From: Octopus bimaculoides
Taxonomy: Eukaryota
Assembly (NCBI RefSeq): GCF_001194135.2
Contig: NC_068986.1
Location: 32,061,802 to 32,125,801, forward strand
Direction: 5' to 3'
Length of the DNA: 64,000 nt
Part shown: piece after piece, positions 52,871-64,000 of the stretch
Layout: every line of letters begins with the position of its first letter
Position numbering within the stretch: position 1 is the first letter of the stretch
The notes under the pieces: model-generated
The model's database searches: none
Told to the model about the DNA's origin: nothing
What the model saw: only the letters and a program-made list of their open reading frames with translations
Program-made: the position numbers and the translations under genes

Positions 52871-52873
<3 letters not shown>
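52782..52873 (+). mobile_element. 3' UTR end of the same R4/Dong-like family as 15630-15755, followed by (TAA)n
   Basis: Clear homology (agagca.cac..caaaccacagcaca..cc.a.g..cacagagct.cgctcggtagtg.agtgaaaacacgt.ataaaaataa.actact). Confidence 0.65.
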
Positions 52874-52950
<77 letters not shown>

Positions 52951-55473
52951 TAGAGGAAGATGAGGAGGAGGATGAAGATGATGATGATGATGATGATGAT
53001 GATGATCATGATGAGGAGAAGAAGGAGAAAGAGGAGAAGGTATGTAATAATAATACATACGCATTTTCGGACGTATGGTGACATTTTCAAATGTGCATGT
53101 GAAGAGAGATGTAGTTCTTTCCCTAACCCCAGACTGAACCAGTGGAAAAGAAATAGCAAACGTTAGTAAGATTGTTTCAATGAATAGAGAGTTTGATAAA
53201 ACTGTTATCGAGACATAATAATTAAGATGATTGGGTAAATGGGGACAGTTGTCCTGACATTTAACGTTACTTAATTAGACCAGTAAAACTGATTAGGGAG
53301 ATTAATATCAGTAACAAGGATGTGGTCAGAGAGTGGACTCTATTAAACCACCCTGCTGGCCACCATATGGTGCTAAACAAGGCAGCGCTTTAGGTATAAT
53401 ATTGCTTAATAGAAAATGGTTCCGTATAAAAAGACTTTTGGCTGGTTGACCTTTGAAAAAGACACTACGTTGTTTATTACAGCGAAGCAGTAGAGTCGTC
53501 AGATAATTTGATAGAATAACTTGTAGTACGAATCTAACCGAGTTCAAAGTAACATTTCCTACTTTCGGGGCTAGTAAATAAAATACCAGTCAGGGACTGG
53601 GGCCCAATACATATTTCTGTCTCTTCCTCTTCTAGAGTTCTCCCACTCCCTGAGTAAGAGTTTGTGAAGTCATTTGAACTTCAGTAAAATATGAGTGTAT
53701 ATGAACGTGTATATATATATATCTGTAAAAATATGTGACACTAATTCTGTAGCCATTCCTGCCAAATATATATANNNNNNNNNNNNNNNNNNNNNNNNNN
53801 NNNNNNNNNNNNNNNNNNNNNNNNNNNNNNNNNNNNNNNNNNNNNNTATATATTTACAAATATAAATACACACAAAAATATGCATACACATGCATACGCA
53901 CTTACATAGTCCATACACAATTTCACACATGCACACACAATCACGTACATTTGTACGTAAATATTATGTCTTTAGAATTAAAAGAAATCTGGTGAGTTCT
54001 GTATAGCGGAATCGGTAGAGAAACAAATATATAGCGCCTTCTAGAATTTAGTTATATTCCAAGATGTCCTCCTCAGTTCAAACTTCCCCGCGGCCGACTT
54101 TGCCTTTCATTCATCCCGAAGTTGAAGGAAATATCGACCAATGATTCTAAGCTGACAGCGAACTGGATTGATTCCATCCGATTCCATTCAATCAACCGTA
54201 TATTCGTGTTCTTGTTTCACCTTTAAAACAAACAAATGAAGTGTCCTACGTAATCACAAACACATACGTATATGTATGTGCATGCGTGTGAGTGTGTATG
54301 TGTGTGTGTGAATTTATACGCGTACAATTGGTGCGTTTTACAACCGCCATCTTTTATTTGAGGCGTGTGTATATATTCATAAATCTATTAAGCCGACTCT
54401 CTCTTCACACCTCACATGCGATAGTTAATTATATTTCAGGTAACTTCACTGACCTAGTAAACAACTGAGAGTACACCAAATAGCGCCACCCACCCACACA
54501 TACATGCATACATACATACATACATACATACATACATGCGTGCGTGTGTGGGAGTACAGTGAACACGCCATAGTCGAAATGCTTTCGTGTGGATTTAACA
54601 ATTGATTTTTTAAAAAACTATTTAAACCATATCAGTAACACAAGTGTACACAATATTATATACTTCGCTCTTAATGCCTCTTTCACTTTCTCCCACCCTC
54701 CCCCATCCTCTCACCTTCCCTCTTTCACTCACCCTCTCTTCTGTGTGTGTGTGTGTGTGTGTATGTGTGTGTGTGTCTGGATTTTACTTTCTGCTTCTGA
54801 CACATTTCTTTAAATATTTGAATTAACATATACACTGCTTGCATGCGCAAAATACACACGCGTATATATATATATATATATATNNNNNNNNNNNNNNNNN
54901 NNNNNNNNNNNNNNNNNNNNNNNNNNNNNNNNNNNNNNNNNNNNNNNNNNNNNNNNNNNNNNNNNNNNNNNNNNNNNNNNNNNNNNNNNNNNNNNNNNNN
55001 NNNNNNNNNNNNNNNNNNNNNNNNNNNNNNNNNNNNNNNNNNNNNNNNNNNNNNNNNNNNNNNNNNNNNNNNNNNNNNNNNNNNNNNNNNNNNNNNNNNN
55101 NNNNNNNNNNNNNNNNNNNNNNNNNNNNNNNNNNNNNNNNNNNNNNNNNNNNNNNNNNNNNNNNNNNNNNNNNNNNNNNNNNNNNNNNNNNNNNNNNNNN
55201 NNNNNNNNNNNNNNNNNNNNNNNNNNNNNNNNNNNNNNNNNNNNNNNNNNNNNNNNNNNNNNNNNNNNNNNNNNNNNNNNNNNNNNNNNNNNNNNNNNNN
55301 NNNNNNNNNNNNNNNNNNNNNNNNNNNNNNNNNNNNNNNNNNNNNNNNNNNNNNNNNNNNNNGAACACACAAATACACGCGCACGTACGCACACACACGC
55401 ACATACACACACATATACACATATATACTGACGCTTCCACACAGACATGATGATAATAATAATAATAATAATG

Positions 55474-55513
<40 letters not shown>

Positions 55514-55783
55514 TGATAATAATAATAATAATAATAATAATAGGGATAAGATCAACACTTGGATACAAGTAACCTCAACACTCATACACACGTGATCACG
55601 CATATACACACATACATACATATATACATAAATATATATATATGAACGTGTATATATATATATATATATATATACACATACATACATATATATATATATA
55701 TATACACACACAGTCACTCATACACACACACATACACACTCTCTCTCTAACACACACACGCACATATATACATATACATACAT

Positions 55784-55821
<38 letters not shown>

Positions 55822-56156
55822 GTATATATACACATATAATTGCATCCAAACGCACCGTACATACAGACGTATATACGAAAGATACAAACTGAGACTTAAG
55901 TGTAGTGCATTGTTCTTCGCAAATGAATCCCATTCAAACAACATTTTAATTGCTGTATGATTTTCATATATAAAAACCGCCATTATTTCAACAGTGTTTT
56001 TAATACAGCCAATTGTAGTAATGACACTACAGCGATGATGTTGATACGCCAAAATTATTGATTCACAACCGAATTATCCAAAGTCTATTGTTCTGCTTCG
56101 TTGAACTGGAAAGAAATATCTCCGCGATCGGTGAGAGGATATTCGGGAATGCGTGA

Positions 56157-56189
<33 letters not shown>

Positions 56190-56513
56190 TGTATGTATGT
56201 ACGTATATATATACATATACACACATATATGTATATATATATATGTAGATAACTATATATACATTATACGTATGGCTATGTATATATATTTATATGTATA
56301 TATATAGACATACATATATGTATGCATATATATGTATGTATGTATATATATATATATATATATNNNNNNNNNNNNNNNNNNNNNNNNNNNNNNNNNNNNN
56401 NNNNNNNNNNNNNNNNNNNNNNNNNNNNNNNNNNNNNNNNNNNNNNNNNNNNNNNNNNNNNNNNNNNNNNNNNNNNNNNNNNNGATTTATATATATACAC
56501 ATATAACTGTATT

Positions 56514-56559
<46 letters not shown>

Positions 56560-56715
56560 TACACAAGTATATGCATACGTATATACATATGTATGTATTT
56601 GTTAGTGTAAGTGCGTGTGTCTCTGTATGTACTTGCGTATGTTTATATGTGTATATGTGTGTGCTTGCTGGTGTTTAAAAATAAGTTGGTGTTTGTGTGT
56701 GTGTGTGTGGGGGGT

Positions 56716-56754
<39 letters not shown>

Positions 56755-57583
56755 AAAAACAGATGAAGTGTGTTTGCGTCCGTGTATGTGCATATGAAAA
56801 AATAGATATACAGATATATCCAGTTTGTGTGTTTTTGCGTGTGTATAGGCACGTACACACGCACACAAACTCTCTGTCTTTCTCTCTCACACACACACAC
56901 ACATACACATATATATATGAGTATGCATATATGCTATGTTTATTTACAGATATATACGTACCTTTATTTTTGTATTTGTATATATTAAGGCATAATCTAC
57001 TGTATATCATTTTAAATTATTTTGCATGTAAATCTTTTTGTATTCGTTTTATTTTAATAAAAATTTTATTTCATCGACACTGCGAAAAGTAAAAAAAATC
57101 GTTAACCGCGGGCTTCTATTCCACTGTTGTTGGAAAATGTAGGATCGTTCATTGTTTGGTCTTGCTTCTGCAAAACCTTCATTAGAAAAGATTATCCATA
57201 TCGTGTCCACAAAGAGATTGTCGGCTTTATTTGTCTTAAAGTGCATATGAACTATGACTCACATAATCTGATTTGAATAATTTGCATAAGGCGTATACAC
57301 TGAAAACGTGGAATAAGTATTTTATTTATCTGGCACTACAAAGCATCGTCAGGCCAGGGAGAAAGCTAGAAACAATTGCGGTTTTACCATTTCTCAGTGC
57401 GACAAGGTTTTCGTGTTTCGTATAAAAGAAATCTCCTACATTACTTATGAATGTAACAGAAATGGGAAATAAAACTAGTATATTCTGTATTACATTATGA
57501 ATAAATATGCTACGCTCTCAGTGGGAGATCCCCATGTTTGTATGTAACATAAACAGCTATATATATATAGGCGAAAGAGTATA

Positions 57584-57686
57584 ACAGGGGTCGCCACTAC
57601 CCCTTGCCGGAGCCTCGTGGAGCTTTAGGTGTTTTCGCTCAATAAACACACACAACGCCCGGTGTAGGAATCGAAACCGCGATCCT
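57584..57686 (-). mobile_element. SINE family C, partial copy
   Basis: gccggagcctcgtggagctttaggtgttttcgctcaataaacac...gaatcgaaaccgcgatcc. Confidence 0.8.
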
Positions 57687-58553
57687 CCTATATATATATA
57701 TATACGCTTGTTTTCCGCTTGCTGTGTTGTCATCTTCTGCTTACTGTATTTTCTTGTGTTCCTTCTGTTGAACCCTTGATCTATCTATCTACCTATCTAT
57801 CTATCTATCTAGCTAGCTAGCTAGCAATCTATCTAGCTAAATCACACACGTTTCCACCTCATTCATTAGCTCTTCTTACTGTAAAGGGTAAGTTATTCCG
57901 GTATAGCTTCAAGCAGCCTGTAGACATCTCGGCCAGCCACGGTGATTGAGCTAGACATTCTCAGAGAATTGAACGGGACTACCGTTTTATTGGGTCATAT
58001 ATAGTACAATGAATGTCCTCTCATGTTTGGATAACGAAATTCCTCTTAAATAAGTAAAACAGTATTCGTTTCAAAATATGTCAGCAAATTAACAAAAAGG
58101 ATATTAAGACAGAATTCAAAATATACGTACATAAGATGAATGAAAAAGAAATATAAAAAGAATTTATNNNNNNNNNNNNNNNNNNNNNNNNNNNNNNNNN
58201 NNNNNNNNNNNNNNNNNNNNNNNNNNNNNNNNNNNNNNNNNNNNNNNNNNNNNNNNNNNNNNNNNNNNNNNNNNNNNNNNNNNNNNNNNNNNNNNNNNNN
58301 NNNNNNNNNNNNNNNNNNNNNNNNNNNNNNNNNNNNNNNNNNNNNNNNNNNNNNNNNNNNNNNNNNNNNNNNNNNNNNNNNNNNNNNNNNNNNNNNNNNN
58401 NNNNNNNNNNNNNNNNNNNNNNNNNNNNNNNNNNNNNNNNNNNNNNNNNNNNNNNNNNNNNNNNNNNNNNNNNNNNNNNNNNNNNNNNNNNNNNNNNNNN
58501 NNNNNNNNNNNNNNNNNNNNNNNNNNNNNNNNNNNNNNNNNNNNNNNNNNNNN

Positions 58554-58595
<42 letters not shown>

Positions 58596-58962
58596 GTATG
58601 TATATATGTATGTATAATGTACACACACACACACACTCACACGCACATATATATATGTATATACCATTTCAATGTTGCTGGGACTTCTGAATCGCTATGT
58701 TTTGCATGTATGTGTGCGTGTGTATGTGAGTGTTTGTACGTCTGAGCGTGGTTGTGTGTGTTTGTCTGTCTGTCTGTCTCCCTTTCTCTTTCTCTAATGT
58801 GCATGGGCGTGTGTTTAAACACATACTTACACATGCACTCTCATATATACATATACCCATAATCATGCATGTGTATGTCGACACACACATACATAGATAT
58901 GTATATAAATGCATATATTTATACACACACATATATATGCATCTATATCCATATATGTGTAC

Positions 58963-59041
<79 letters not shown>

Positions 59042-59184
59042 TGTATATTAATATATATGAATGTACACACACACTCACAGACTCAGACACACATACTCAG
59101 ACACACATATACATGCATATATACAAATGTTTATAGAAAGCACATACATAACTACGCAGGCACACACCCACACAAGCGTGCGCG

Positions 59185-59215
<31 letters not shown>

Positions 59216-59867
59216 ATGTTCCAACCCACCGCAAACCAACCACCACACTTACCAACATAAAGTCACGCTTGTTTGATTCTTAAAAACTCTATATGTGTAG
59301 GATGTGCACATAAGTAAACCAGAACGTTTTCTTGGAATATCTTCGGCACCAATTCTTTGCTATAATAGCGCAATCGGAAACCTCATCTCAAATATTCATA
59401 TTAAACACTATTTCTAAGCAATAGCGCCTCTTTTCTTACACAAAAGCCTGGATTCTTTCTTGTTTCTAATTTCTAAGCAGCATATTATTATATCTGAACA
59501 GCTTTGATGCTTTCACGTTGAATTGAATCGTTTCCTATTCGTTTCTACTTCACACAAAATTTTACTGGCCAGGATGACATTCTGCCTAATATGTATTTAT
59601 TCACGTTACAATTTTTCTACATTATTTTTATATTTATTTTACACACTCAGTTAGTTCTCTTAAGAGGAGGTAAATTTGTATAATATGGTTTCGTTGTTGT
59701 TGTTGTTGTTGTTGTTGTTGTTATTTTACCTCTGTTTAATCCTTGACCGAAAATTATATCGGCCAAGGATACAGGTATTAGCTAGAGAATAAAATAAATA
59801 CAGTAAGAAAATAAATTGGTAGTCCTTTTTCGAATGAACGGCGTTGCGATATGTGTTCCTGCCTAAT

Positions 59868-60045
<178 letters not shown>

Positions 60046-60270
60046 CATCCATCTATCTATCTAAAAACACACACACAGGTAGACTCATAAGTGCAAAACA
60101 ATGTGGGAAAATTAGTGCTGGAATACGAAGGATAGAGTAATATGCTTTACTATAAAACCTGCGAAATATTCACAGAATATTCACCAAAACTGTGCAACGA
60201 ACTGGAACGCGAAACTCTGAGTAACAGTTCTGTGGATATTTTGTATCCTTTATAATAAACTATAAATACA

Positions 60271-60302
<32 letters not shown>

Positions 60303-60402
60303 AACACACACATGCACTCCCTTGTTACCTTCGCCTGATGAAATGTGATGGGCCAAATGTCGTCCCACAGGTGCATGTCATCGTCGTCATCATCATCATC
60401 AG

Positions 60403-60460
<58 letters not shown>

Positions 60461-61044
60461 GTCATCATCACCATCATCATCAGAGTAGTGTGTGGAATTT
60501 CTGGCAGACATCAGTATGTAACTGAACTTTGAGAGATTATAAATTTCGTGAAATTATACCCCGTTTGCTTCTTTGAATATTTGACAGTCGCCAACAGCTG
60601 ACGGTTAGCTTTGCTTTTTTTCCCGTTCTCTACCAATGCAGTAAATTTAAATTAATCATCATTCATCTGTTTATTTTCTGTACGTCATTCAGTGCACGAA
60701 ACTTCCACCCGTTACCTTACAGATCTAAGGTAAGTTCTTTGGGAATAGAGTGTGTAATAATACTTTGTTTCCCAGTTGAGTTATTTAATCCTTTTAATAC
60801 CAATCCACATAGGACTGTAAAAAAGGTGTAGATTTCTTTTTCGTTCAAAGTGTAACATCATTGGAACCATATAATTTTCAAAGTATAGTGTGAGACCAAG
60901 TTTATCTGCTCTCTACGTACTATTCAAAAGCAGCAATTGAGTTGTATGGTCACTTCGCATTGCTAGAAATAACCAAATGTATTTCGATTAAAACATATTG
61001 AGCCATCTTAAAAAAAACTACAAGTCATACGGGACTGTATAGCC

Positions 61045-61340
61045 CAGTGGTTCCCAAAGTGGTCGGTACTGCCCCTGTAGGGGCAGTGGAAAGATCCAAT
61101 GGGGTGCTAAAGAAAAGTGGAGGCGATAATGGCGCGGCCAATAGGGGGCGATATATGTAAATGCAACGAAATAATGGGTTAATTAGGTTAAGCTATACTT
61201 GTGAAATACTGCGGTTTTGAATTTGATGCGGAGAGTGGTCTATATTTGTGGTGGTGAGTGGCAGGGGCGCCTGGAATGTGGCCTGGAATGTGGCCTGGGT
61301 GCCAAGGGGGCAGCAGACCGAAATAGTTTGGGGGCTATGG
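61045..61340 (+). mobile_element. hAT (Charlie-type) non-autonomous element with a degenerate 8-bp TSD
   Basis: 5' TIR cagtggttcccaaa; decayed 3' TIR agtttgggggctatgg; flanks gtatagcc / gtagagtc (6/8 match). Confidence 0.7.
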
Positions 61341-61486
61341 GTAGAGTCCAAGATTTACAAAGCTAAAACAGGAATGTCACGGCTGGAAGCGTTTGGTAGT
61401 GTATTCCTTCAATCAGTGTTGATATGGGACTAAATAGCAAAAAAAAAAAGAAGAACATGTAATTCGTAAGAATTGAAGGTGAGGAG

Positions 61487-61558
61487 TGTGACGTGGTCAA
61501 GTGGTTAAGGCACTGGATTACTTAGTCATACCCCATTGGGTTCGAACCCGCTGTGTAT
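61487..61558 (+). pseudogene. Degenerate tRNA-like sequence (Ser/Leu-like head; SINE head or tRNA pseudogene)
   Basis: gtggtcaagtggttaaggcactggat...gggttcgaaccc has A and B boxes but no convincing acceptor or anticodon stem. Confidence 0.45.
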
Positions 61559-63589
61559 ATCGCGTTTCTTTTATAGGCAGAATAATTTTATTTCATATAC
61601 AATATGGCATCTTATGAAACTACGATATCAGATCAATTCGAGATATTCTCTCTCGCAGACTCCATAAGTTTTCTTTGGTTTCTTTTGCCATTGAAGCATA
61701 AGAACTGATTATGGTTGTTTGTGTTCAATCAATAATTTCACTTTAGAGTTGTTTTCTTTCACAAAATGACTATTTTCTTTGATTCATGGAGACAAGCAAG
61801 AATTTCTTGTAATGTAATATTAGTTAAAAGTCTCTTCTATTAATGGATCGCCACAGTCTGGAGCTGGATTATTTGCAGCGGCCATAAACGCTGCCCATCT
61901 ATTCTGAATGGTTAATAATTAAACAAGTGGATAATATTTATGATCTAATGAGATTAATTAATCTCTTACACGTTTGATTCCTTGTTATTAAAAATATATA
62001 ATTAACGATTAATTTAATGATTCCAATGGATCAAAGAGGTTATGAAAAAGCATCCTGTTTCAATAAATTTGAGTCAAATGAATATAGTCTGCTGGGAAAC
62101 TGAACATGAGCCAAGCTGAAAAGAAAATCTATATCTAACTGTCTCTTGCATAATTTTTATGGACTGATTAATGTTGTAATATAGCAAGTTTCACAGATAT
62201 GGAACGCACATAATGGCTTACTAGATAAATTACTCTTATATATAATAAACTTAATAGTTCAGTCTCTGCCGCACAAGTTTAATAGACACATTGTTAAATT
62301 ATTCTAACATATGCCATAATTAAGAAATTAATCTCCTGGTTTCTTTTGTTCAATAGATAAAGAATTTATGGTAGAAGTTTATAGGGTGTACATTGGTTTT
62401 GTGTTTGTGTGTGCGTGCTTGTGTTTAACCATTAAGTCTCTTGCGTAATTGCTTCAAACAATAATTTTCTAATTCTACATCGTTGTTTTTGTTTTACAAA
62501 CAGAAGCAGAAAAACCATACAAAAAGCGAAACAATAAGCTTTAAAATGCAATAAAAAGCTATCAGGATCTGAAATACTGATTATTCATGATACTATTTTA
62601 AATAAAAACATTATCATATTGTGCAGACATTACTTACATCTTTTGATAGCAGTAATCTCTATATATTATGATAATATTAGATACCAATATTATCATAATG
62701 ATAGTATCATGATATAGTCTTTTTTCAAAAGCTCTCGTTTAGCTCTCGATCACTACTGATCCGTTCTGTCTTTGTGGAGATTTGTCTAGCATTACTTTAA
62801 TCAATGTATCATTCTCTTGTTTAAAACAGTGGAGTGCGATTTGAGAAATATCTAACTACTATTCCTATAAGTTCAAGCTACTACATACAGGCTCTCCACC
62901 CACACATACATTAGTTATTCTTCCAAGCAATTTGTTGCTCCATAAACCAAAGAATAATTATCTTAAAACACAAACAGCGAATAACTATAAAAACTCTATA
63001 GAATTTGTTGTTTATTTATATAACTGAGATATTTCACGACAGCGGGGTTTGGGAGAAAGAAAGCGCTGATATGTAGTAAAAGCTCCAGAAAGAAAAAAAC
63101 AAAAAACAAATCCATAACTACAAGGGATATGTATTTAATGAGTATGGCTGAAATACCAAGCATATTTCACGTTACAGATACAGCAGAAGTTTTGAGCCTA
63201 TCAAAGCTGGTAATGTTTCGGTATAGCAGCCATATACTTATCGTTTACCCATCAAAACTAAGCTTGTAAATTTGTTTTACAAAATAAAAGAGAAGAAAGG
63301 ATAACTTAAGCTTTAGATTTACATAACTGATAACAACCTCCCATGGAAAATTGTTACATTTATTAATAGGAAGCTGTAGTAATTCGTCAGCTGTATAATT
63401 ACTGTGCTTAATTAGTCGTATATGTGGGTAGTGTAAATAGGGAGGATAATGAAGTATTGGATTAAATGCATTAGTGCTCGTAGTTTCAAATCTATACTAT
63501 TTGATTTCGAATGCTGTTGACGCCGTCTTGTTAGAAAGTTCCAAGACAGTAACAGAGCATATATATGTATATGTGTACATGCATATAAG

Positions 63590-63980
63590 TGGAGGCGCAA
63601 TGGCCCAGTGGTTAGGGCAGCGGACTCGCGATCATAAGATCGCGGTTTCGATTCCCAGACCGAGCGTTGTGAGTGTTTATTGATCGAAAACACCTAAAGC
63701 TCCACGAGGCACCGGCAGGGGATGGTGGCGAACCCTGGTGTACTCTTCCACCACAACTTTCTCTCACTCTTTCTTCCTGTTTCTGCTTTGTGCCTGTAAT
63801 TCAAAGGGCCAGCCTTGTCACAACGTGTCACGTTGAATATCCCCGAGAACTACGTTAAGGGTACACGTGTCTGTGGAGTGCTCAACCACTTGCACGTTAA
63901 TTTCACGAGCAGGCTGTTCCGTTGATTGGATCAACTGGAACCCTCGACGTCGTAAGTGAGTGAGTGCTAACAACAACAAC
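63590..63980 (+). mobile_element. SINE family C, full length, 11-bp TSD
   Basis: (CAA)n tail; acatgcatata at 63577-63587 and 63979-63989. Confidence 0.9.
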
Positions 63981-64000
63981 ATGCATATATGTATATGGAT

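Noticed and set aside
60310-60378. ctgatgaaatgtgatgggccaaatgtcgtcccacagg as an HHR or SECIS element
   Set aside because: No GAAA after the stem (HHR) and no 3' GA for the SECIS quartet; no selenoprotein nearby.
61487-61558. Functional tRNA gene
   Set aside because: Acceptor and anticodon stems do not pair; kept only as a degenerate tRNA-like sequence.

Overview
Eukaryotic, AT-rich, repeat-dominated draft-assembly DNA with about 8.7 kb of N in 21 gaps, most of them bordered by microsatellites. The repeat content suggests an octopus/cephalopod genome; this is an inference from the SINE families and microsatellite load. No intact protein-coding gene can be supported, and nearly all track ORFs are microsatellite or N artefacts. 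Recognisable content: at least five tRNA-headed SINE-like families (labelled A-E here), RTE/BovB-type LINE fragments, R4/Dong-like 3' ends inside (TAA)n arrays, mariner and Tc1-like DNA-transposon remnants, a hAT MITE and large di-, tri- and tetranucleotide arrays. The most interesting signal is a set of minimal hammerhead-ribozyme (HHR) motifs of the Penelope-like-element (PLE) type in at least three unrelated repeat families. One forms the 3' part of a tRNA-headed SINE, suggesting a PLE-mobilised, ribozyme-carrying SINE. Other highlights are a SINE trimer flanked by a single 12-bp TSD, a rearranged fold-back Tc1/mariner end, and a candidate CCAAT/E-box/TATA promoter followed by uORFs at about 52.2-52.8 kb.
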